Shown here one piece after another: positions 19,900 through 29,244 of a DNA stretch of 64,000 bases. Origin of the DNA: an uncultured Candidatus Rokubacteria bacterium (GTDB lineage Bacteria; Methylomirabilota; Methylomirabilia; Rokubacteriales; CSP1-6); contig CAVXJS010000021.1 of NCBI GenBank assembly GCA_963762145.1, positions 928,001 to 992,000 of the forward strand, given 5' to 3'. A program made the position numbers and the translations under genes. Numbering within the stretch: position 1 is the first letter of the stretch; the number at the start of each line of letters is the position of its first letter. The notes under the pieces are model-generated. The model was not told where the DNA came from, ran no database searches, and worked only from the letters and a program-made list of their open reading frames with translations.

Positions 19900-20844
19900 G
19901 TGCGTTGCCGGAGGGGCGCATCGACGTGGTGATCGGCACCCTCGCGGCCGGCCAGGGCCACGAGACGAGCTTCGCCCAGCTCGTCGTCGAGTGGCTCGGG
20001 GGGACGCTCGACCAGGTGCGCCTGATCAGCGGCGACACCGATCGGGTGCCGGTGAGTGGCGGCTCGCACTCCGGCCGCTCGATGCGTCTCGGGGGTGTCG
20101 TCATGGCGAAGGCGGCGGACCAGATCGTGGAGAAGGGCGCGCGCCTCGCGGCGTGGCGGCTCGAGTCCGCGGTGGCCGATCTCGAGTTCTCGGGCGGGCA
20201 GTTCCGGGTTCGCGGCACCGACCGCGCCATAAGTCTCTTCGAGGTCGCCGCCGCGGCGGGGCGCCCCGACGCGCCGGAGGAGCTTCGCGGCCCCCTCGAC
20301 GGGGCCAGCGACGAGACGGTGAGCACGCCCTCCTTCCCGTACGGCTGCGGGGTGTGCGAGGTCGAGGTGGATCCCGAGACCGGCGCAGTGGACGTCGTCC
20401 GCTACACCTCGGTGGACGACGTGGGACGCGCGATCAATCCTCTGATCGTGGACGGGCAGACCCACGGCGGCATCGTCCAGGGCCTGGGCCAGGCCCTCTG
20501 GGAGCACTGCCGCTACGACGCCGACAGCGGCCAGCTCCAGTCCGCAACCTTCATGGAGTACGCAATGCCCCGCCCGCGCCGACCTGGTGCCGTCGTTCAC
20601 CACCGAGATCAGCGAGGTGCCGTCCACCTCGAACCCGCTGGGCCTGCGGGGCGGCGGCGAGGGCGGCACGACCCCGGCGCTCGGCGCGGCGGTGAACGCG
20701 ATCGTGGACGCGCTCGCCCCGCTGGGCGTGGAGCACCTCGAGATGCCGGTCACGCCCGAGCGCGTGTGGCACGCGATCCGCGCGGCTCAACGCGGCCGCG
20801 CGGCCAGCCGGTCGTGCAGCGGGGGCACCCGCGCGTCCACCTGA
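19900..20844 (+). pseudogene. Xanthine/CO dehydrogenase-family molybdopterin subunit, C-terminal fragment (frameshift near 20575)
   Basis: GQGHETSFAQL, EVEVDPETG, DVGRAINP, QTHGGIVQGLGQAL, NPLGLRGGGEGG. The N-terminal half is absent. Confidence 0.85.
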
Positions 20845-20849
20845 GCGCA
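20786..20849. repeat. Imperfect direct repeat, copy 1 (3' end of a DUF1028 gene)
   Basis: 20786-20844 matches 39044-39102 at 56 of 59 bases by manual alignment. Confidence 0.9.
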
Positions 20850-21154
20850 CGCGGGACCGCTCGCGAGTTACAGTCCGCCTGCTGGCGGGCGGCGGCCGCT
20901 CATTCAACGAGCACTGCGCGGCGGGTATCACCCGCTCGAGCCTTGAACCGGCTCCGCGTTGACGGTTCACCGTCCTGGCAAGGTTGGAGGAAGAGCGGCG
21001 CAGAGGGCTGGCCGATCTGCCATGGGTCCTTCCAGCGGCAGGGTTGAACAGTGGCCCCGTCTCGTGAGAACGTGCCGAGCGTGCCCGTGATTCCACTGGA
21101 GCCGGTCGCTGTCACGAGACGTCCCGTGAGTGGCGCAAGAGGGATGGCCGCGGA

Positions 21155-21254
21155 AAGACTGTTCGCATGGCCTGCAGGACAGCCGGATCGCTGATTCCGC
21201 GAGCGCCAATCTGGTCTTCGACCATCCGCCGCCGCTTGTCGGGAAAGCCTCCAT
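21155..21254 (-). pseudogene. pcm: Protein-L-isoaspartate O-methyltransferase N-terminal fragment
   Basis: RRRMVEDQIGARGISDPAVLQAMRTV is the typical Pcm N-terminus; homology is lost immediately afterwards. Confidence 0.7.
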
Positions 21255-21368
21255 GCTGCCGACCCTCAGTGCCACAATGACTGCAAGCGCGGTGCCGCGG
21301 CCTCATGAAGATAAACTGCGATCTCCTCAAGGAGGAATGGAACGTGATGAGGCCGCGCCGGCCTGCCT

Positions 21369-21866
21369 CTAGCCGCCCACTTCGCTCGGCGGGACCGCGC
21401 GATCAGGATCCGGGCCGCGCTCGGTCCGCCACGGGATGATGGAGATCTCCCCGTTAGTCTCGAGCACCGCGTACTTGATCTGATCCATGCGCTCGAGGCC
21501 CTGCTGATGACGTGCCGCCTCCATGATGTCCCGTGCGTCCACGAACTCTCGGTCCATGCGCGACTTCAGCGGCCGCCCCCGCTCGACGAGCACAACCGGC
21601 ACGTCATCCAGGATCTTCTCGACCCGGCGCGAGTAGCGGCGCCACTGCGACAGGCCGATGTCGATGCAGACCAGAGTGACGATCACGAGAACGGCGTTGA
21701 CGAGCGAGTAGTCCGGTCCTACCAGTGCCTGCTGCGTCGACTCGGCGATGACCAGTAGGAGCACCATGTCGAACGGCGTGATCTGCGCGAGCGTCCGCTT
21801 GCCTACGATCCTGAACACCACGAGCAGGACCAGGTACATCGCCGCGGCGCGGAGCACGCTGTCCAC
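21369..21866 (-). CDS. DUF421 (YetF) family membrane protein
   Basis: [21 protein letters not shown]; [16 protein letters not shown]. Confidence 0.92.
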   Translation of the reverse strand: MDSVLRAAAMYLVLLVVFRIVGKRTLAQITPFDMVLLLVIAESTQQALVGPDYSLVNAVLVIVTLVCIDIGLSQWRRYSRRVEKILDDVPVVLVERGRPLKSRMDREFVDARDIMEAARHQQGLERMDQIKYAVLETNGEISIIPWRTERGPDPDRAVPPSEVGG

Positions 21867-21869
21867 GCG

Positions 21870-22373
21870 CTATGGGTAGACCAGCATCCAGATGGTCAGC
21901 GGAGCGAGACCCGGGACCCCGACACCGGCCTGCACGATGCCGATGGAGCGAGGGGTGAAGTGGAACGTGGCGACCACGGGGGCGGCCACGGGCCCGGCCG
22001 CAAAGACGTACCCGACCCCATCCGCGAGCACCTCGGTTCTCACCGGGTTCGGAACAACACTGTCGATCCGGACGCGGTCCAGAAGCGCCCGGCCCAAGGC
22101 CAGACGGTAACCGCCAGGACTCGGAGTCGGGATGTGAACCGTGATGGTCTGGGTTGCCTCGGCGCGCACGAAGCGCGCATGCTCGATTCGAAGCCCATCG
22201 GGACCCCGTACCTCCGTCCGGCTCAGCGGCCCCATGCCCAGGAGCCCGCCAACTCCGGCCACGAGAATCAGCACCATGCCGACACGCCCCACATGCCGGA
22301 CACGCCACATACGCTGGTGGAACTCCTCTTCGTCCGCCAGCTCGAGCCCCGCATCGGAATTGGGCGTACGCAC
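21870..22373 (-). CDS. Conserved hypothetical membrane-anchored protein (DUF421 partner)
   Basis: One TM segment (GLLGMGPLS) plus a beta-rich domain; 3 nt from the DUF421 gene. Confidence 0.75.
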   Translation of the reverse strand: MRTPNSDAGLELADEEEFHQRMWRVRHVGRVGMVLILVAGVGGLLGMGPLSRTEVRGPDGLRIEHARFVRAEATQTITVHIPTPSPGGYRLALGRALLDRVRIDSVVPNPVRTEVLADGVGYVFAAGPVAAPVVATFHFTPRSIGIVQAGVGVPGLAPLTIWMLVYP

Positions 22374-22532
22374 GTCGGTCTTACCGAGTAACAGCTTCCG
22401 GATGGCATCGCGACATCGTGCCGCCGGCCGGCCGCGCTAGAAGCGTGTACTCGTCATTTGGCCCAAGAGGGACGACCCGAACGCTCGCAAACGGCTTGAC
22501 ACTCGGCAACCCGCCCATGGCGTCCAGCCAGC

Positions 22533-22548
22533 GGCAAGTTGCGTGCCG
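22533..22548 (-). promoter_or_regulatory. Sigma54 (-24/-12) promoter candidate, leftward
   Basis: Minus strand CGGCAC-GCAAC-TTGCC with canonical GG-N10-GC spacing. Confidence 0.6.
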
Positions 22549-22563
22549 CGAAAGGTTCCCGGG

Positions 22564-22579
22564 TGGCACCGCCATTGCT
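22564..22579 (+). promoter_or_regulatory. Sigma54 (-24/-12) promoter candidate for the oxidase operon
   Basis: TGGCAC-CGCCA-TTGCT, a consensus match 12 nt before ATG 22592. Confidence 0.7.
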
Positions 22580-22591
22580 CGGTGCGAGGCC

Positions 22592-23512
22592 ATGCAGTCC
22601 ACCCTTGAGCCCGGCGGCCCCGCCGTCGAGGGGTTCGTCACACTGGCCACCGTCTTGGCTGCGGGGGCCGCCCTGATTCTCCTGCTCGTCATGGCCCTGC
22701 TCGTTCACGGGGCGCTAGGCGAGCCTAGGCGAACGAGCACAGGGCTGTGGGTCATCGGGGGCGGCATCCTGTTTCCGGTCGCCGTGCTCTCGGCGTTGCT
22801 CGGCTACGATCAGGGGCTCACCCACGCGCTGACCGCGCCCGCCTCAGCGGGTGCCCCGCGTATCGAGGTCGAAGGGCGGCAGTGGTGGTGGGAGGTGCGC
22901 TATCTCGCCCAGCCGGCCGACCACGACGCCGTGATCACTGCCAACGAGATCCATATCCCGACCGGGGTGTCTGTCGAGCTCATCCTCACGACGCCCGACG
23001 TGATCCACAGCTTCTGGGTGCCGAGCCTCGCGGGCAAGGTGGACATGGTGCCCGGTCGTCGCAACCGCCTCACGCTCCACGCGAATCGGGAGGGACTCTA
23101 CCGGGGGCAATGCGCGGAGTTCTGCGGGGTGCAGCATGCCCAGATGGCCCTGCTCGTCGTCGCGGCGCCGCCGGCGACGTTTCAGACCTGGCTGGCTCGA
23201 GAAGCCGCCCCGGCATCGGCGCCCGCCACACCGGAGACGGCCCGCGGACACGACGCCTTCCTCGCTCACGGTTGCGGTGGATGCCACACCATCCGGGGCA
23301 CCGCAGCGCTGGGCAAGTTGGGACCGGATCTCACGCACGTGGGGAGTCGTCGGACGTTGGGGGCGGGAACGCTCAGCAACCACGTGGAGGCCATGGCGGC
23401 GTGGATCGCCTCGGGCGAGCGGATCAAGCCGGGTAATCGGATGCCGTCTTTCGCTCATCTGGATCCGGGCACGGTGGGTGCCGTCGCCGCCTACATGGCC
23501 AGCCTCAAGTGA
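22592..23512 (+). CDS. ctaC: Cytochrome c oxidase subunit II with C-terminal cytochrome c
   Basis: QWWW, DVIHSFWVP, CuA site CAEFCGVQHAQM, heme c site CGGCH. Confidence 0.93.
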   Translation: MQSTLEPGGPAVEGFVTLATVLAAGAALILLLVMALLVHGALGEPRRTSTGLWVIGGGILFPVAVLSALLGYDQGLTHALTAPASAGAPRIEVEGRQWWWEVRYLAQPADHDAVITANEIHIPTGVSVELILTTPDVIHSFWVPSLAGKVDMVPGRRNRLTLHANREGLYRGQCAEFCGVQHAQMALLVVAAPPATFQTWLAREAAPASAPATPETARGHDAFLAHGCGGCHTIRGTAALGKLGPDLTHVGSRRTLGAGTLSNHVEAMAAWIASGERIKPGNRMPSFAHLDPGTVGAVAAYMASLK

Positions 23513-26016
23513 GCCTGCCGAATCCGCTCCCCCGCCCGCCCGACGAGCTCCGGCGACTCGAAGCGGTGTGGGCGCCCCCGCGGGGCTGGCGGCTACTCTC
23601 GTCGGTGAACAACACCTATGTCGGGCTTTTCTACATCGGGACCGCGCTCCTGTTCTTCCTGTTCGGCGGCAGCCTCGCTCTGCTGGTGCGAGCGCAGCTC
23701 GCGGTCCCGGGCAATACGCTGCTGGGGCCGGAGACCTACAACCAAGTCTTCACCATGCATGGGACCATCATGATGTTCCTGTTCGCGGTGCCCGTCGTGG
23801 AGGCCATCGCCGTCTATCTGCTGCCCAGCATGCTCGGCACCCGCGATCTCCCCTTCCCATGGCTCAGCGCCTATGCGTTCTGGGCCTATGCGCTCGGAGG
23901 CCTGGCCTTCTGTTGCTCGATCCTCTTCGCGGTGGCGCCGGACGGCGGCTGGTTCATGTACCCTCCGCTCACGAGCTATCGCTTCTCACCCACCATCAAC
24001 GCGGACTTCTGGTTGCTCGGCATCGGGTTCATCGAGATCTCGGCCATCGCGGGCGCGGTCGAGCTGGTCGTCGGGATCCTCCGGACTCGGCCCCCCGGCA
24101 TGACGCTCGGCAGGATGCCCGTGTTCGCGTGGGCCATGCTCGTCGTGGCGGGCATGGTGATCTTCGCCTTCCCGCCGATGATCCTGGGGACGCTGCTGCT
24201 CGAGCTGGAGCGGGCGTTCGGCTGGCCGTTCTTCATCGCCGAGCAAGGCGGCGACCCGCTGCTGTGGCAGCACTTGTTCTGGTTCTTCGGGCATCCGGAC
24301 GTCTACATCATCTTTCTCCCGGCCGCCGGCATCGTCTCCACGATCGTTCCCACTCTGGCCCAGACGCCGCTCGTCGGCCATCGCCTCGTGGTGGGGGCCA
24401 TGGTGGCTATGGGGGCGTTCAGCTTCGCGCTCTGGGTCCACCACATGTTCGCGGCCGGGTTGTCCGTCCATTCGATGCGCCTCTTCTCCGCGGCCAGCAT
24501 GGCCGTCGCCATCCCGAGCGGTATCCAGGTATTCGCCTGGATCGCCACGCTACGGCGGGGACGGCGCCTCCGCCTCACCACCCCGGCCCTGTTCGTTCTG
24601 GGATTCTTCTTCGTATTCACGCTGGGGGGACTCACGGGCGTCATGGTGGCCGTTCTGCCCTTTGACTGGCAGACGCACGATACCTACTTCGTGGTCGCGC
24701 ACCTGCACTACGTCCTCATCGGCGGAATGGTGTTCCCCCTCTTCGCGGCCTTCTACTACTGGGCGCCCACCGTGAGCGGGCGGCCGCTGTCAGCGGGGCT
24801 CGGCGCTTGGGTGTGCGGGCTGCTGTTCGCGGGCGTGAACCTTACGTTCTTCCCGATGCACCTGAGCGGTCTGCTCGGCATGCCGCGTCGGGTCTACACG
24901 TACCCCGCAGGGCTTCACTGGGAGTGGCCGAACCTGCTCTCGAGCCTGGGCGCGGGGCTGGTGGCCGCCGGGGTCGTGGTGTTTCTGCTCGACCTCGCGC
25001 TCCACTTGCGCGTCTCCGGAAAAGTGGACACCAATCCGTGGAACGCCTCTACGCTGGAATGGCTCCCGTTCGACGACTACGGTGCGCGCAGCATCCCGCG
25101 GGTCGAGAGTCGCGAGCCGCTCTGGGATCGGCCGGCCCTGCGCGAAGAGGTCGCCAGCGGACGGCACTACCTGCCCGGGACGGCGACCGGCGGCCGAGAA
25201 GCGCTGGTGACAAGCCCCGTCGACGCCCGCCCCCAGTACATTCTCCTCCTGCCGCGCGACGGGTGGACCCCGTTCCTCGCGGCCGCGGGGACCGCGGCGT
25301 TCTTCCTGCTGCTGACCGTGAAGCTGATGACGCCGGCCGTGATCGCCGGGGCTGTAGCTCTCGCCCTGATCCTGCGCTGGCTGTGGCGCACGGATCGGGG
25401 TCCGATAGGGCCGCCCGTCGATATCGGCGAAGGCGTGCGGGTGCCGGTGTACATCACCGGGTCCTGCTCGCACTCTTGGTGGGGCATGGTCGTGCTGATT
25501 TTGGTCGCGGGCACGACCTGGACCTCTCTTCTGTTCTCGTATTTCTATCTCTGGAGCATCGCGGTCGAGTGGCCGCCGCCGGAGCAACGGCTCCCCACAT
25601 GGGGCTGGCCCGCCACCGCGGCGGCCGCCTGGATCGCCAGCAGCGGCCTCGTGATCGCGGCGAGCCACGCCCTCGCGGCCCAAGCCACGGCCCGGTTCCG
25701 CTGGCTGCTCGCTGGCGGCACGCTGGTCATGGTCGCGGCGCTGGCGCTGGACGTCGCCGGCCACGTGCAGGCCGGCCTGGCTCCGAGCGCTCACGGGTAC
25801 GGCGCCACCGTTGCCACGGTCTCCTTGGTCCAGACGCTGTTCGTCGCGACCCTCGTGATCATGGTGGCGTACACGCTCGCCCGCTCCTGGCGGCACCTGC
25901 TGGACGCGGCCCGTCGCGTGACGTTCGACAACACGATGCTCCTCTGGCACTACGCGGTCGCCCAGGCCGCCGTCGGGCTCGTGGCGCTCAACGTGCTCCC
26001 GCGCTGGCTCGGATGA
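23509..26016 (+). CDS. ctaD: Heme-copper oxidase subunit I fused to a subunit III-like domain
   Basis: FTMHG, WFFGHPDVY, WVHHMF, VAHLHYV; C-terminal ~250 aa hydrophobic extension ending LLWHY. Confidence 0.95.
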   Translation: MSLPNPLPRPPDELRRLEAVWAPPRGWRLLSSVNNTYVGLFYIGTALLFFLFGGSLALLVRAQLAVPGNTLLGPETYNQVFTMHGTIMMFLFAVPVVEAIAVYLLPSMLGTRDLPFPWLSAYAFWAYALGGLAFCCSILFAVAPDGGWFMYPPLTSYRFSPTINADFWLLGIGFIEISAIAGAVELVVGILRTRPPGMTLGRMPVFAWAMLVVAGMVIFAFPPMILGTLLLELERAFGWPFFIAEQGGDPLLWQHLFWFFGHPDVYIIFLPAAGIVSTIVPTLAQTPLVGHRLVVGAMVAMGAFSFALWVHHMFAAGLSVHSMRLFSAASMAVAIPSGIQVFAWIATLRRGRRLRLTTPALFVLGFFFVFTLGGLTGVMVAVLPFDWQTHDTYFVVAHLHYVLIGGMVFPLFAAFYYWAPTVSGRPLSAGLGAWVCGLLFAGVNLTFFPMHLSGLLGMPRRVYTYPAGLHWEWPNLLSSLGAGLVAAGVVVFLLDLALHLRVSGKVDTNPWNASTLEWLPFDDYGARSIPRVESREPLWDRPALREEVASGRHYLPGTATGGREALVTSPVDARPQYILLLPRDGWTPFLAAAGTAAFFLLLTVKLMTPAVIAGAVALALILRWLWRTDRGPIGPPVDIGEGVRVPVYITGSCSHSWWGMVVLILVAGTTWTSLLFSYFYLWSIAVEWPPPEQRLPTWGWPATAAAAWIASSGLVIAASHALAAQATARFRWLLAGGTLVMVAALALDVAGHVQAGLAPSAHGYGATVATVSLVQTLFVATLVIMVAYTLARSWRHLLDAARRVTFDNTMLLWHYAVAQAAVGLVALNVLPRWLG

Positions 26017-26342
26017 GCGGGTTTGATCGCTTCCCGCACCGCCCTCTGGCTGGTCCCGGCGTCGCACTCGTGGTCTGGGCGGTTGACTTCGCGGTGATGT
26101 ACGCGGGGACGACATTCTGGTGCGGGCACCCGGCGCTCGGCTGGATCGCGACGCTCGGTTGCGCGGCCATCGCCCTGGCGGTCTTGCTGTGCCCGCTTCG
26201 CGCGGCGTGGAGCGCTCGCGATGCAGCTGGCGACCAGGACACACAGCGCCTCGCCCGGGACGCGGCGATCGTCATCTCGCTCCTGGCCCTCATCGCCATC
26301 CTCTGGCACGGGATCGCGGTGCTCTCGCTCCCGGCCTGCTAG
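26013..26342 (+). CDS. Small membrane protein associated with the oxidase
   Basis: ATGA overlap with ctaD; three hydrophobic segments; C-terminal Cys. Confidence 0.75.
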   Translation: MSGFDRFPHRPLAGPGVALVVWAVDFAVMYAGTTFWCGHPALGWIATLGCAAIALAVLLCPLRAAWSARDAAGDQDTQRLARDAAIVISLLALIAILWHGIAVLSLPAC

Positions 26343-26572
26343 TCGACCCCGTCTGGATCAACGATGCGTCAAAGTCGCTGTTCCTGGAGGTAGCGCCAAG
26401 GGCCGCTGCCAAGTTGGTCATCCTCGGCGCAGATGCTCCGGATCGTGCGTTGCACTTCGCGCTCTAGTTCACCGGGCTCGATCAGCCCTTGGCAGATGAA
26501 GCAAGGTTGGCGAGTGCCTTGCTGGGCGCCTGGTGGCTTGCCGAGTTCGGGCCGGCGGTGCCATAATCCGTC

Positions 26573-26902
26573 ATGGGCCGGTCGTGGTGGCTCCCGTTCC
26601 TCGTTGCGCTCACCCTCCTCGGCGGTTGCATCTCCATCAACTTTGGCCGGGCTTTCCCCTCGCCGGACCTGCCCGCGATCGTGGCCGGCCAGACCGACAA
26701 GACCGCGCTCCAGCGCATGTTTGGCGAGCCCTACCAGGTGGGGATGGACAGCGGGGACGCCACCTGGCGCTGGTTCTACGGCCGGCGCGAGGGGGGGATC
26801 GAGATCACCAAGGATCTAACAGTCCGCTTCAATGCGAACGGAACCGTCAAGTCCTACTCGTTCACGTCCAACTTCCCCGAAGACATGCAACGGCTCAAGT
26901 AG
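26573..26902 (+). CDS. Lipoprotein, SmpA/OmlA(BamE)-like
   Basis: Lipobox LGGC; GQTDK...FGEP...W.WFY...L.V.F...G.V pattern. Preceded by TTGCCG-N18-CATAAT. Confidence 0.8.
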   Translation: MGRSWWLPFLVALTLLGGCISINFGRAFPSPDLPAIVAGQTDKTALQRMFGEPYQVGMDSGDATWRWFYGRREGGIEITKDLTVRFNANGTVKSYSFTSNFPEDMQRLK

Positions 26903-26950
26903 GGTGACGTTCGCCCTCGCGGGGCTGGTCGGCGACCGGCCGAGGATCGG

Positions 26951-28565
26951 ATGACCTGGTGGCGGAGCGCGGTGATGTACCAGATCTACCCCCGCTCGTT
27001 CCAGGACACCGACGACAACGGTGTCGGGGATCTGAGCGGCATCCGCCAGCGGTTGCCGCATCTGAGCGAGCTGGGCGTCGACGCCATCTGGATTTCGCCC
27101 ATATTCCCCTCGCCGATGGCCGATTTCGGGTACGACATCTCCGACTACACCGGGATCGATCCACTGTTCGGGTCGTTGGAGGAGTTTGACGCGCTCCTGA
27201 CCGCCGCCCACTCGCACGGCCTCAAGGTCCTGCTCGATTTGGTGCCGAATCACACCTCCGACCAGCATCCGTGGTTCCAGGAGAGCCGCTCCTCGCGCGA
27301 GAGCGCAACGCGCGACTGGTATATCTGGCGCGATCCGGCGCCGGAAGGCGGCCCCCCGAATAACTGGCTGTCAGAATTCGGCGGCAGCGCGTGGCAGTGG
27401 GACAGCCGCACCGGCCAGTACTACTATCACGCGTTCCTGGCTGCGCAGCCCGATCTGAACTGGCGCAACCTGGCGGTTCGCGATGCGATTCACGAGGTCA
27501 TGCGCTTCTGGGCTTCGCCGGGGAGTGGACGGATTCCGCCTGGACGTAATCTGGCATCTGCTCAAGGACGACCAATTCCGCGACAACCCGCTAAACCCCG
27601 GCTTTCGGCCAGGCGAGCCGCCGCATCGCGCCGTTCTCCCGCTCCATACAACGGACTTGCCCGAGGTGCACGAGGCCATCGCCGGACTTCGACGGGTGCT
27701 CGACGAGTTTCCCGACCGGGTGCTGCTCGGCGAGGTCTATCTGCCGATCGAGCGCCTCGTGACCTACTACGGTCGCGACCTCAAAGGTGCCCACCTGCCG
27801 TTCAACTTCGCGCTACTGGAAGCGCCGTGGCGGACCCGTGACATCGCGAAGCTCATCGACGACTACGAGGCGGCGCTGCCGCCGGGCGGCTGGCCAAACT
27901 GGGTGCTGGGCAACCATGATCAGCCTCGCATTGCAGGTCGTGTCGGTCCGGATCAGGCGCGTATCGCCGCCATGCTGCTCCTCACGCTGAGGGGCACGCC
28001 TACCATCTACTATGGCGACGAGATCGGAATGCCGCAGATGCTTATCCCTCCCGATCGCGTGCGTGATCCGTTCGAGCGCAACGTACCCGGCATCGGGTGT
28101 GGGCGAGACGGCGCGCGTACCCCCATGCAATGGGACGCTACACTCCACGCGGGTTTTTCCCGCGTAGAGCCGTGGCTGCCGGTGGCAACCGGGTTCGGAA
28201 GAGACAACGTCGAGCGCGAGCGGCTCGATCCTACATCCATCTACAATCTCTATCGGCAACTGATCGCCTTGCGTCGCCGGTCGCCGTCCTTGCTGATCGG
28301 CCACTACCGCCCGATCGTGGCGAACGGAGATCTGCTGTTGTTCGTCCGCGAGCACGAGACCGAGCGCATCCTGGTCGGCTTGAATCTGGGAGGGGACACT
28401 ATTGTGGTGACATTTCCTGACCAGCAGCTTCGGGGTGAGCTCGTCGTGTCCAGCGCCGGGGATCGTAACGGGACTGCGGTCCATGGCGAGATTACGCTGC
28501 GCGCAAACGAGGGAGTGGTGATGACACTCGGACCGGACGTGATGGTGCCGAGATGCATCGTCTGA
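26951..28565 (+). CDS. GH13 alpha-glucosidase (frameshift near 27510)
   Basis: YQIYPRSFQD, DLVPNHTSDQHPWF, QPDLNW, GVDGFRLDV, LGNHD, RDGARTPMQW. Confidence 0.93.
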
Positions 28566-28667
28566 GTAGCGATGCCTGCTCGAGGTCAAGATGACGCTTG
28601 AACCGTAAAGCCCAGTCGCATGCGGTTCGGATTCGCATCGACAATGTGTGCCTCCGATCGTGGACGT

Positions 28668-29120
28668 CTACTTGCTGGGCGAACCCAGATCGATCAGGGC
28701 CAGCCCGATCTCCGGGCGCTCTCGGCGCCGGAGGTGGGGCGGGGATTCGACGAGGACCACTTCGAGGGTGGGACGTACTCGCCCCTCGAGGAGGTGACCG
28801 CCGACGGTGCTCCCGTCACGCTTGCCGAGCACCACGTGAGCGTGGACCTTGGGGTGGTCCTTCTCATCGCGGGCGATGTTTCCCGTCATGGACAGAAGCT
28901 CGACCTGCTCCTCCACGGGGAGCTTCCTGTACTCCTTACGATCGATCTCGAAGAAACCCAGCGTGGCCCGGCTGAGGGCGCCGATGGCGGTCAGATGGGC
29001 GGCGGCAATGTCGTGCTCTCTCGCGAAGCGCGTGAGGCCTTCGACTGCTTCCTCTTCCGGGTCAAAGACGAGGAGATAAGTCGTCTGGCCGGCATCGGTA
29101 TGCAACACTTTCGAGTGCAT
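28668..29120 (-). CDS. PPC/DUF296 domain protein
   Basis: ELLSMTGNI, HAHVVLG, GGHLLEG, PTLEV; GGAGG RBS. Confidence 0.9.
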   Translation of the reverse strand: MHSKVLHTDAGQTTYLLVFDPEEEAVEGLTRFAREHDIAAAHLTAIGALSRATLGFFEIDRKEYRKLPVEEQVELLSMTGNIARDEKDHPKVHAHVVLGKRDGSTVGGHLLEGRVRPTLEVVLVESPPHLRRRERPEIGLALIDLGSPSK

Positions 29121-29244
29121 GGTCGGTTCCTCCATAATGTCCTCGGCAATGCGCTTCGATGCCCTCCCGCGACGGACGCAAGCATTGCTATGTGAAGACG
29201 CGCAGGCTGATGTCGAAATCCCGATCCGCTGACTTAAACGTGAC

